Assembly: GCF_009914755.1 (NCBI RefSeq)
Contig: NC_060933.1
Source: the human T2T-CHM13v2.0 reference genome, Homo sapiens
Direction: 5' to 3' (one strand)
Length of the DNA stretch: 64,000 nucleotides
A model generated the notes under the pieces. The model was not told the origin of the DNA, made no database searches, and saw nothing but the letters and a program-made list of their open reading frames with translations. Positions 1 through 10,396 of this stretch are shown piece by piece. The stretch's first letter is position 1; the number at the start of each line of letters is the position of its first letter. Position numbers and translations under genes: made by a program.

Positions 1-166
1 ACTGTAATTTTCCTTTACCTACCCAAATCCTATAAAACGGCCCCACCTTTATCTCCCTCCGCTGACTCTCTTTTCGGACTCAGGCGCCTGCACCCAGGTG
101 AAATAAACAGCCATGTTGCTCACACAAAGCCTGTTTTGTGGTCTCTTCACACGGACGCGCATGAAA
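1..166 (+). promoter_or_regulatory. 5' LTR7 (end of U3, R, U5) with TATA box at 31-37 and AATAAA at 102-107
   Basis: Aligns to 5269-5435 with about 5 differences and ends ...GCATGAAA just before the PBS. Confidence 0.95.
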
Positions 167-1038
167 TTTGGTGCCGTGACTCGGATCGGGGGACCTCCCT
201 TGGGAGATCAATCCCCTGTCCTCCTGCTCTTTGCTCCGTAAGAAAGATCCACCTACGACCTCAGGTCCTCAGACCGACCAGCCCAGGAAACATCTCACCA
301 ATTTCAAATCCGGTAAGCGGCCTCTTTTTACTCTCCCCTCCAACCTCCCTCACTATCCCTCAACCTCTTTCTCCTTTCAATCTTAGCGCCACACTTCAAT
401 CTCTCCCTTCTCTTAATTTCAATTCCTTTCATTTTCTGGTAGAGACAAAAGAGACATGTTTTATCCGTGAACCCAAAACTCCGGCGCCGGTCACAGACTG
501 GGAAGGCAGCCTTCCCTTGGTGTTTAATCATTGCAGGGACGCCTCTCTGATTATACACTCATGTTTCAAGGGTGTCAGACCACGCAGGGACACCTGCCTT
601 GGTCCTTCACCCTTAGCGGCAAGTCCCGCTTTCCTGGGGCAGGGGCAAGTACCCCTCAACCCCTTCTTCTTCACCCTTAGAGGCAAGTCCTGCTTTCCTA
701 GGGGGCAAGAAGCCCCCAATCGCTTATTTCCGCACCCCAACCTCTTATCTCTGTGCCCCAATCCCTTATTTCCGTACCCTGACCTCTTATCTCTGTGCCC
801 CAATCCCTTATTTCCATGCCCCAACCCCTTTTCAGCTTTTCTGGAGGGCAAGAAACCCCCACCCCTTCTCCGTGTCTCTACTCTTTTCTCTGGGCTTGCC
901 TCCTTCACTATGGGTAAGCTTCCACCTTCCATTCCTCCTTCTTCTCCCTTAGCCTGTGTTCTCAAAAACTTAAAACCTCTTCAACTCACACCTGACCTAA
1001 AACCTAAATGCCTTATTTTCTTCTGCAATGCCGCTTGA
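136..1038 (+). other. HERV-H leader (pre-gag) ORF, similar to the putative ESRG ORF, running in frame into the gag start at ATG 910
   Basis: WSLHTDAHEIWCRDSDRGTSLGRSIPCPP... is the typical HERV-H leader translation. MGKLPPSIPPSSPLACVLKNL is the gag N-terminus. There is no ATG before 910 in this frame. Confidence 0.6.
169..186 (+). other. Primer binding site complementary to the 3' end of tRNA-His
   Basis: TGGTGCCGTGACTCGGAT, the defining HERV-H PBS. Confidence 0.95.
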
Positions 1039-2140
1039 CCCCAATACAAACTCGACAGTAGTTCCAAATAGCCAGAAAATGGCACTTTGAATTTTTCCAT
1101 CCTGCAAAATCTAAATAATTCTTTTCGTAAAATAGGCAAACGGTCTGAGGTGCCTGACATCCAGGCATTCTTTTACACATCAGTCCCTTCCTAGTCTCTG
1201 TGCCCAGTGCAACTCGTCCCAGATCCTCCTTCTTTTCCTCCCGCCTGTCCCCTCAGTCCCAACCCCAAGCATCGCTGAGTCTTCCCAGTCTTTCTTTTCT
1301 ACAGACCCATCTGACCTTTCCCCTTCTCCCCAGGCTGCTCGTCGCCAGGCTGAGCTAAGTCCCAATACTTCCTCAGCCTCCACTCCTCCACCCTATAATC
1401 CTTCTATCACCTCCCCTCCTCACACCCGGTCCGGCTTACAGTTTAGTTCCACGACTAGCTCTTCCCCACCTGCCCAGCAATTTACTCTTAAAAAGGTGGC
1501 TAGAGCCAAAGGCATAATCAAGGTTAATGCTCCTTTTTCTTTATCCCAAATCAGATAGCGTTTAGGCTCTTTTTCATCAAATATAAAAACCCAGCCCAGT
1601 TCATGGCTCGTTCGGCAGCAACCCTGAGACACTTTACAGCCCTAGACCCTAAAAGGTCAAAAGGCCATCTTATTCTCAATATACATTTTATTACCCAATC
1701 TGCTCCCGACATTAAATAAAACTCCAAAAATTAAATTCCAGCCCTCAAACCCCACAACAGGATTTAATTAACCTCGCCTTCAAGGTGTAAAATAATAGAA
1801 AAAAGTTGCAATTCCTTGCCTCCACTGTGAGACAAACCCCAGCCACAATCTCCAGCACACAAGAACTTCCAAATGCCTGAACCGCAGTGGCCAGGCGTTC
1901 CTCCAGAACCTCCTCCCACAGGAGCTTGCTACATGTGCCGGAAATCTGGCCACTGGGCCAAGGAATGCCCGCAGCCTAGGATTCCTCCTAAGCCATGTCC
2001 CATCTGTGTGGGACCCCACTGAAAATCGGACTGTTCAACTCACCTGGCAGCCACTCCCAGCTTCCCTGGAACTCTGGCCCAAGCCTCTCTGACTGACTCC
2101 TTCCCAGATCTTCTCGGCTTAGCAGCTGAAGACTGACACT
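910..2140 (+). pseudogene. gag: HERV-H gag remnant with two zinc knuckles
   Basis: CYMCRKSGHWAKEC (1927-1968) and CPICVGPH*KSDC. Stops at 1036, 1069 and 2020. Confidence 0.88.
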
Positions 2141-2179
2141 GCCTGATCGCCTCGGGAGCCCCCTAGACCATCACGGACG

Positions 2180-2500
2180 CCGAGCTTCGGGTAACTCTCA
2201 CAGTGGAAGGTAAGCCCGTCCCCTTCTTAATCAATACGGAGGCTACTCACTCCACATTACCCTCTTTTCAAGGGCCTGTTTCCTTTGCCGCCATAACTGT
2301 TGTGGGTATTGACGGCCAGGCTTCTAAACCTCTTAAAACTCCCCAACTCTGGGGCCAACTTAGACAATACTCTTTTAAGCACTCCTTTTTAGTTATCCCC
2401 ACCTGCCCAGTTCCCTTATTAGGCTGAGACACTTTAACTAAATTATCTGCTTCCCTGACTATTCCTGGACTACAGCTGTATCTCATTGCCGCCCTTCTTC
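2180..2500 (+). pseudogene. pro: HERV-H protease remnant
   Basis: FLINTEATHSTL (degenerate LIDTGA active site) and PTCPVPLLG*D. Confidence 0.85.
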
Positions 2501-2559
2501 CCAATCCAAAGCCTCCTTTGCGTCCTCCAAAGCCTCCTTTGCGTCCTCCTCTTCTATCC

Positions 2560-4400
2560 CCCAACCTTAACCCACAAGTATAAGATACCTCTACTCCCTC
2601 CTTGGCGACTGATCATGCACCCCTTACCATCTCATTAAAACCTAATCACTCTTACCCCACTCAACACCAATATCCCATCCCGCAGCATGCTTTAAAAAGA
2701 TTAAAGGCTGTTATCACTCGCCTGCTACAGCATGGCCTTTTAAAGCCTATAAACTCTCCTTACAATTCCCCCATTTTACCTGTCCTAAAACCAGACAAGC
2801 CTTACAAGTTAGTTCAGGATCTGCGCCTTATCAACCAAATTGTTTTGCCTATCCACCCCGTGGTGCCAAACCCATATACTCTCCTATCCTCAATACCTCC
2901 CTCCACAACCCATTATTCTGTTCTGGATCTCAAACATGCTTTCTTTACTATTCCTTTGCACCCTTCATCCCAGCCTCTCTTTGCTTTCACTTAGACTGAC
3001 CCTGACACCCATCAGGCTCAGCAAATTACCTGGGCTGTACTGCCACAAGGCTTCACAGACAGCCCCCATTACTTCAGTCAAGCCCAAATTTCATCCTCAT
3101 CTGTTACCTATCTCGGCATAATTCTCATAAAAACACACGTGCTTTCCCTGCCGATCCTGTCCGATTAATCTCCCAAACCTCAATCCCTTACAAAACAACA
3201 ACTTTCCTTCCTAGGCATGGTTAGTGTGGTCAGAATTCTTACACAAGAGCCAAGACCGCACCCTGTAGCCTTTCTGTCCAAACAACTTGACCTTACTGTT
3301 TTAGCCTAGCCCTCATGTCTGTGTGCAGCAGCTGCCGCTGCTTTAATACTTTTAGAGGCCCTAAAAATCGCAAACTATGCTCAACTCACTCTCTACATTT
3401 CTCATAACTTCCAAAATCTATTTTCTTCCTCATACCTGACGCATATACTTTCTGCTCCCCGGCTACTTCAGCTGTACCCACTCTTTGTTGAGGCTCCCAC
3501 AATTACCGTTGTTCCTGGCCCAGACTTCAATCCAGCCTCCCACATTATTCCTGATACCACACCTGACCCCCATGACTGTATCTCTCTGATCCACCTGACA
3601 TTCACCCCATTTCCCCAAATTTCCTTCTTTCCTGTTCCTCACCCTGATCACGCTTGATTTATTGATGGCGGTTCCACCAGGCCTAATCGCCACACACCAG
3701 CAAAGGCAGGTTATGCTATAGTACAAGCCACTAGCCCGCCTCTTAGAACCTCTCACTTCCTTTCCATCGTGGAAATCTATCCTCAAGCAAATAACTTCTC
3801 AGTGTTCCATCTGCTGTTCTACTACTCCTCAGGGATTATTCAGGACCCCTCCCTTCCCTACACATCAAGCTCCAGGATTTGCCCCACCCAGGACTGGCAA
3901 ATTAGCTTTACTCAACATGCCCTGAGTCAGATAACTAAAATACCTATTAGTCTAGGTAGATACTTTCACTGGATAGGTAGAGGCCTTTCCTACAGGGTCT
4001 GAGAAGGCCACCGCAGTCATTTCTTCCATTCTGTCAGACATAATTCCTCAGTTTAGCCTTCCCACCTCAATACAGTCTGATAACAGACGAGCCTCTATTA
4101 GTCAAATCAGCCAAGCAGTTTTTCAGGCTCTTAGTATTCAGTGAAACCTTTATATCCCTTTATGGTCCTCCATCTTCAAGAAAAGTAGAATGGACTAAAG
4201 GTCTTTTAAAAACACACCTCACCAAGCTCAGCCACCAACTTAAAAAGGACTGGACAATACTTTTACCACTTTCCCTTCTCAGAATTCAGGCCTGTCCTCG
4301 GAATGCTACAGGGTACAGCCCATTTAACGTCCTGTATAGACGCTCCTTTTTATTAGGCCCCAGTCTCATTCCAGACACCAGACCAACTTAGACTGTGCCT
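2560..4400 (+). pseudogene. pol: HERV-H pol remnant (RT, RNase H and IN fragments) with internal deletions
   Basis: SPYNSPILPVLKPDKPYKLVQDLRLIN, YSVLDLKHAFF and LPQGFTDSP are present. The YxDD region is deleted near 3082. RNase H *FIDGGS lies at 3655, and IN-like QDWQI and SIQSDN follow. Confidence 0.9.
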
Positions 4401-4982
4401 CAAAAAAAAAAAAAACTTGTCATCCCTACTATTTTCTGTCTAGTCATACTCCTATTCACCGTTCTCAACTACTCATACATGCCCTGCTCTTGTTTACACT
4501 GCCGGTTTACACTGTTTTTCCAAGCCATCACAGCTGATATCTCCTGGTGCTAGCCCCAAACTGCCACTCTTAACTCTTGAAGTAAATAAATAATCTTTGC
4601 TGGCAGGACTATGCCAAATCTCCTTAAGCACTCTCTAATCAGACCTCCTGAGTCGTCCCAATTCTTAGACCTTTTATACCTGTTTTTCTCCTTCTGTTAT
4701 TCCATTTAGTTTTTCAATTCATACAAAACCGTATCCAGGCCATCACCAATCACTCTATACGACAAATGTTTCTTCTAACATCCCCACAATATCACCCCTT
4801 ACCACAAGACCTCCCTTCAGCTTAACCTCTCCCACTCTAGGTTCCCACGCCGCCCCTAATCCCGCTTGAAGCAGCCCTGACAAACATCATCCATTCTCTC
4901 TCCATACCACCCCCCAAAAATTTTCGCCGCCCCAACACTGCAACACTATTTTGTTTTATTTTTCTTATTAAGAAGGCAGGAA

Positions 4983-5435
4983 TGTCAGGCCTCTGAGCCC
5001 AAGCCAAGCCATCACATCCCCTGTGAACTGCATGTATATGCCCAGATGGCCTGAAGTAACTAAAGAATCACAAAAGAAGTGAATATGCCCTGCCCCACCT
5101 TAACTGATGACATTCCACCACAAAAGAAGTGTAAATGGCCAGTCCTTGCCTTAACTGATGACATTACCTTGTGAAAGTCCTTTTCCTGGCTCATCCTGGC
5201 TCAAAAATCACCCCCACTGAGCACCTTGCGACCCCCACTGCTACCCGCCAGAGAACAAACCCCCTTTGACTGTAATTTTCCTTTACCTACCCAAATCCTA
5301 TAAAACGGCCCCACCCTTATCTCCCTCCGCTGACTCTCTTTTCGGACTCAGCCCGCCTGCACCCAGGTGAAATAAACAGCCATGTTGCTCACACAAAGCC
5401 TGTTTGGTGGTCTCTTCACATGGACGCGCATGAAA
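4983..5435 (+). mobile_element. 3' LTR7 (453 bp)
   Basis: Starts TGTCAGGCCTCTGAGCCCAAGC after the purine tract. TATA at 5299-5305, AATAAA at 5371-5376, ends ATGAAA. Confidence 0.96.
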
Positions 5436-6081
5436 CCTTCTACTTATAAATGCCTTGATAGTGCCCAGAAGTCCCATTTGTGTCCTGCTTCTTCAGTCAT
5501 TTCTGATTAAATTTACTTTTTTGTAAGTACTAGCCTTGAAGATATAATTTGAAAAAAATTATTAAATTATTTCATTATACTGTATTAGATATCTATTGCT
5601 ATAAAAATTACCCCAAACATACAGCTTAAAACAACAGACATTTATTATCTTATGGTTTCTCTGTGTTAAAAAAATCGGATGTGGCTTAGCTGGATGGCTC
5701 TGGCTCAGCGTCTCTCATGATTTTGCAAGGCAACATGTCAGCTTGGACCGCCGTTATCTGAAGGCTCAACTGGGGCTAGAAAGTCCACTGCTAATCTAGC
5801 TCACTTACATGTGTTTGGCAGGAGGCCTCAGCTACTTGCTGGCTGTTTGCATTAGGCCTCAGTTTCTTGCCACATGGACCTCTCCATAGGGCTGCTTGAG
5901 TGTCCTTATGTCACTCGTTTACAGTCAGTAATGCAAGAGAGAGAGCAGGGAGGAAGTACGATGCCTTATATCACTAATACAGAAAGTGACATACACTTAT
6001 TTCTGCTATATTCTACTCATTTAAAGCAAATTCATACATCCAGGTGACAGGCAAGAGGAGCTGAATTAAGCTCCATCTTTT

Positions 6082-7898
6082 TTTGTTTGTTTGGTTTATT
6101 ATTATTATCATTTTTATTGCAACAATAGATTTTTGGGTAACAAGTGGTGTTTGGTTACATGGATAAGTTATTTAGTGGTGTTTCATGAGATTTTGCTGCA
6201 CCCATCACCTGAGCAGTGTACACAATACCGCTATGTGTAATCTTTTATCCCTTATCCCCATCCACCATTCCCCTAGAGTCCCCAAAGTCCATTATATCAT
6301 TCTTGCTGACATTTCCAGGAACATCTCTTATCACTGTTTCCCTAGATCTTTCCACTGATCCATCTGTTCTCCATGCAGTTATCTAGACATGATATACTCT
6401 ATCCGCACAGCTGCAGTGGAGGTAGCAGGGGAGAGAAGTGGACTGCGTGAGGGTCCTTGGTTATAGTTTTGTTTAGTTCGCTGGTTTTGTGTTGGTTAGC
6501 CTCCAGCCAGGAGGTGGCACTTTCAAGAGTGCATCAGCGGCCCGGCATGGTGGCTCATGCCTGTAATCCCAGCACTTTGGGAGGCCGAGGTGGGTGGATC
6601 TCAAGGTCAGGAGATGGAGACAATCCTGGCTAACATGGTGAAACCCCGTCTCTACTAAAAATACAAAAAATTAGCCAGGCATGGTGGCAGGCACCTGTAG
6701 TCTCAGCTACTCAGGAGGCTGAGGCAGGAGAATGGCGTGAACCCTGGAGGCGGAGCTTGCAGTGAGCCAAGATTGTGCCACTGCTCTGCAGCCTGGGCGA
6801 CAGAGCTAGACTCCATCTCAAAAATAAATAAATGAATGAATAAATAAATAAATAAATAAATAAATAAAAGAGTGCATCAGCTGCAGTAGAATAGGGAGGA
6901 TGCAAGCATGCTCTAGGGTCAGGTGGTGGGTGGAGTCCCAAGAGATTATATTCTTTGTCTTCGGCTACCAGAGCGGGTAGAGAAAGACCATCAGGTGAGG
7001 GATGGTTAGGCGTGTCTGAACTCACTCTTCTGGGGCAAAGCTTGCTGGGGCCTCTGTAGGGATGGGGGTGTAGGTATCAGGTCAATGGAGTTATGTTCCC
7101 AGAGGGATTATGGCTGTCTCTGCTGTGTCCCACAGGTTTCCAGGGAAGTGCGAGAAAGCTGGCAATGACAAGCCTCACCCAGCTCCCACGCAGCCCAAAA
7201 GACCAGTCTCACTCCCACTGTGCTCCCCCAACAGCACCGAATTTATTTCCAGGCAGCTGGTGGGCAGGGCTGAGAACTTGCCCCAGGCTACAAGCCTCCC
7301 TGCTGAGAAAGCAAGCTGGGCTTTCCGGTTTCACCCCTCCCCACCTGCCATGGCTTCTGTGCTGGTATCTGCACTCCTCATTTGCCCCCTCCGCGGATTC
7401 TGTCCAGGAAACGTCATGCTGGGTCAAAATTGTTACAAACATCAGCTGGAAATTTCCTTCTCCCTGTGGTCTTTCCCCAGTTCCACTGGCAGCCCGCCCC
7501 CATCCCCACTCAAGGACCCCTATGAGACAAAGTCAGGAATGGCTTCCATGGGGACTGAAAGTGCCCACAGGACTCTTCCTGATGCTTCTTCTACCGCTAT
7601 ATTTTGCTCACCTCTCTAAATTTATCTTAGCTCCAGCTAAGGTCAAATCCTTTTCCAGAGATCTGGACCTTCAGGTTCCCCAGTGAGGATGTGTGTTCAA
7701 AGGTGAAATTTCCCCCCTCACACTTTTAGCACTCAGTTTTTTTGCTGTCTCATGGAGCCTGCAGTGGCAAGCCACTTCCTTTAAAGGTCTGTGGATTCTC
7801 TCGGCTTTCCTGGTATGTTCCTGCAATAGTTCTTGGAGCAAAAGTTCACAATGTGAGTCTCTATACACTGCTCATCTGTGTTCACTCAGTTCCTCCTC
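6082..7898 (-). mobile_element. L1PB-like element retaining its 5'UTR and 3' end but lacking ORF1/ORF2
   Basis: 3'UTR and poly(A) complement at 6082-6305, L1 5'UTR-like sequence at ~6405-7875. TSD taagctcc[a/g]tctttt at 6067-6081 and 7899-7913. Confidence 0.7.
6539..6867 (+). mobile_element. Alu (Y/Sc-like) nested in the L1
   Basis: Alu dimer with (TAAA)n tail and 14-bp TSD aagagtgcatcagc at 6525-6538 and 6868-6881. Confidence 0.95.
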
Positions 7899-8271
7899 TA
7901 AGCTCCGTCTTTTGAAAGGAGAAATATCAAAGAATTTTTAGGCATATTTTAACACTACTACATATGGGTATTATAAAAACAATTTTTTTTTTACTTAACA
8001 CAAATGCACAGTATTTCAGCTTTATTAAGTCTGTTTTCAGAATGAAATTCTCAGATGAGAACATGCATTTTGAGGAACACTTAAACTCCAAAATTACTTT
8101 TTGGAATAAATTTATTTTTATATCTATATCTGTCTCTGTTTGCATTGAATGATAGGGGAAGAAAATACACAACTATTTCCTCTCTATCCTCAGACTAAAA
8201 GAAAAGAATACCAGATCTATTCAATTCTTTATGTCCCTCTTTTACTTCCTGCATTTTAACATATCTGGATT

Positions 8272-8634
<363 letters not shown>

Positions 8635-8647
8635 TCATAGTGGAGAA

Positions 8648-8951
<304 letters not shown>

Positions 8952-9701
8952 CATGGTGAAGACATTTGACTGTCATTTCCTCCTTCACCCTTCTCACTTT
9001 TCCTTATCCTCTTATCCTTCCTTTTCCCTCTCTCCTCTCTTTTGTTGGGAACTGAGATTTCAGTTGACATACCCAGCAAGGGGTATAGGCCTAGCATTTC
9101 CAAGCCTGAGACTTTAGCTGCCTTCAGTTTCCTAATTTATTTTGGTAATACAAATTAAGCAATATGCTTGTCAAAAAACTGATTTTATTGACTGCCCATT
9201 TATCTTGCCCCTGGGACATTATTCTCTCTTAAGCATTTCCAAATTCTCTGTAAGTCAGGACCCCTAGTTCAAATTCCAACCTTTGCCACTTATTACAGTC
9301 ATTATACACATTTTGCTCTCCATCTGCACTCTATTGTCTCAGGTTCTCTCATCCCCAGTGGTATCATGGAGCTTAGGTCTATAATAGCATATTTTCCAGG
9401 CCCTCTACAGAACATACCTTGTTGGTGGGTTTTCCAGCTTTATGTATTCTATCTACTTCAAAATGTCTGGTCCTCTAAGCCTCTTGATTCCCTCCTCCTC
9501 AATATGGCACAGAGTTTCTTGCATTTCTACTTTATTTAGTGGAAAATTTCACTTGTTCCAAGAACTCAGAATATTCCAAGTTCACCCTAACAGCATGTTA
9601 GTTGTATCTACCAAAATTCTAATCATGGCATTAAATATCATATCGCAGAAAAGTACTCCCATATTAACAAACTCTCTCTAACATGAATTTATGTTTCCTT
9701 T

Positions 9702-10396
9702 TGTTGCAGTCACCTTTTCCCCTGTTCAATGAGGTACAGCCTCTTGTCCCACGACCAAGAAGAACAAGGCACGCAGACACCAGTGGGTGAGTAAGGCAGA
9801 GCAGAATTTATTAAGCAAAAGGAAAGCTCCAAGCAGTGAAAGGGGACCCTGAAAGTGGGTTGTAAGCAATGGGGCTGAGTTCTGGGTGTTTTATGTGGCA
9901 AGAACAAGGAAGTCTTCTGTGGGTTCTGCCTAAATGGGAGAGGGCAGAGATACAATAGATACACCTCCTAGGGGTGTTGTATCTGTGCATGCCTGGAGTT
10001 GGTCATGGTAACTCCATCTTGGTTATTACCCATGAGTGCCTAACTGAAACACACATGGTGGAGGAGGCTAAAACTGCAATGCTAATATCATGTTAATGAC
10101 ATTATAATGAGCTGGGTTAAGTTAAGGGTATTTAGGTTGATTTATTGTGCCTGCACCTAAGCTGGGACAGTCCCTTCTGAGCAGACCTCCTGGCATAAGG
10201 GGAAGTTCTTAACTACATTTCTTCCCTTTAGCTGCAGAGGCAGTGTGGGTGCTGTCCCACGGGTGTTCCTATGACTGTTGATCTTCCCGCTAGCTGCAGA
10301 GGTGGTGTTGCTGCTGTTCTGCAGGTGTTTCTATTACTGTTGCTCTTCTGCTGAGTCCCTCCCTGTCTAATTGCCTAACCTAACTCCCTCCTCTCA
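9702..10396 (-). mobile_element. Solo ERV1-class LTR (MER4-group-like)
   Basis: TG...CA termini, 4-bp TSD cttt on both sides, and a minus-strand AATAAA near 9810. Confidence 0.7.

Larger units (their letters stand above)
1..5435 (+). mobile_element. HERV-H provirus (LTR7), common internally deleted form; 5' LTR cut by the window edge
   Basis: Matching LTRs at 1-166 and 4983-5435, tRNA-His PBS at 169-186, and degraded gag, pro and pol with C-rich/G-poor composition. Purine tract at 4971-4982. Most of env is missing. Confidence 0.97.
5582..7962. mobile_element. Old MLT1-type (MaLR) LTR split by the L1 insertion (5582-6080 and ~7914-7962)
   Basis: MLT1-like motifs (aaaacaacagacatttattatct, ggctcagcgtctctcatga). 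The sequence resumes after the L1 target-site duplication. Confidence 0.6.

Noticed and set aside
723-827. Regularly spaced repeats superficially like a CRISPR array
   Set aside because: A head-to-tail 42-bp tandem repeat of the HERV-H leader with no unique spacers, in eukaryotic DNA.
6711-7025. Short ORFs reading like [11 protein letters not shown]..., here and at 8270, 19058, 30561, 51039, 55682 and 60628
   Set aside because: Translations of Alu sequence, not genes.
7093-7686. 197-aa and 169-aa ORFs
   Set aside because: They lie in the antisense L1 5'UTR. GC-rich, with no recognisable protein.
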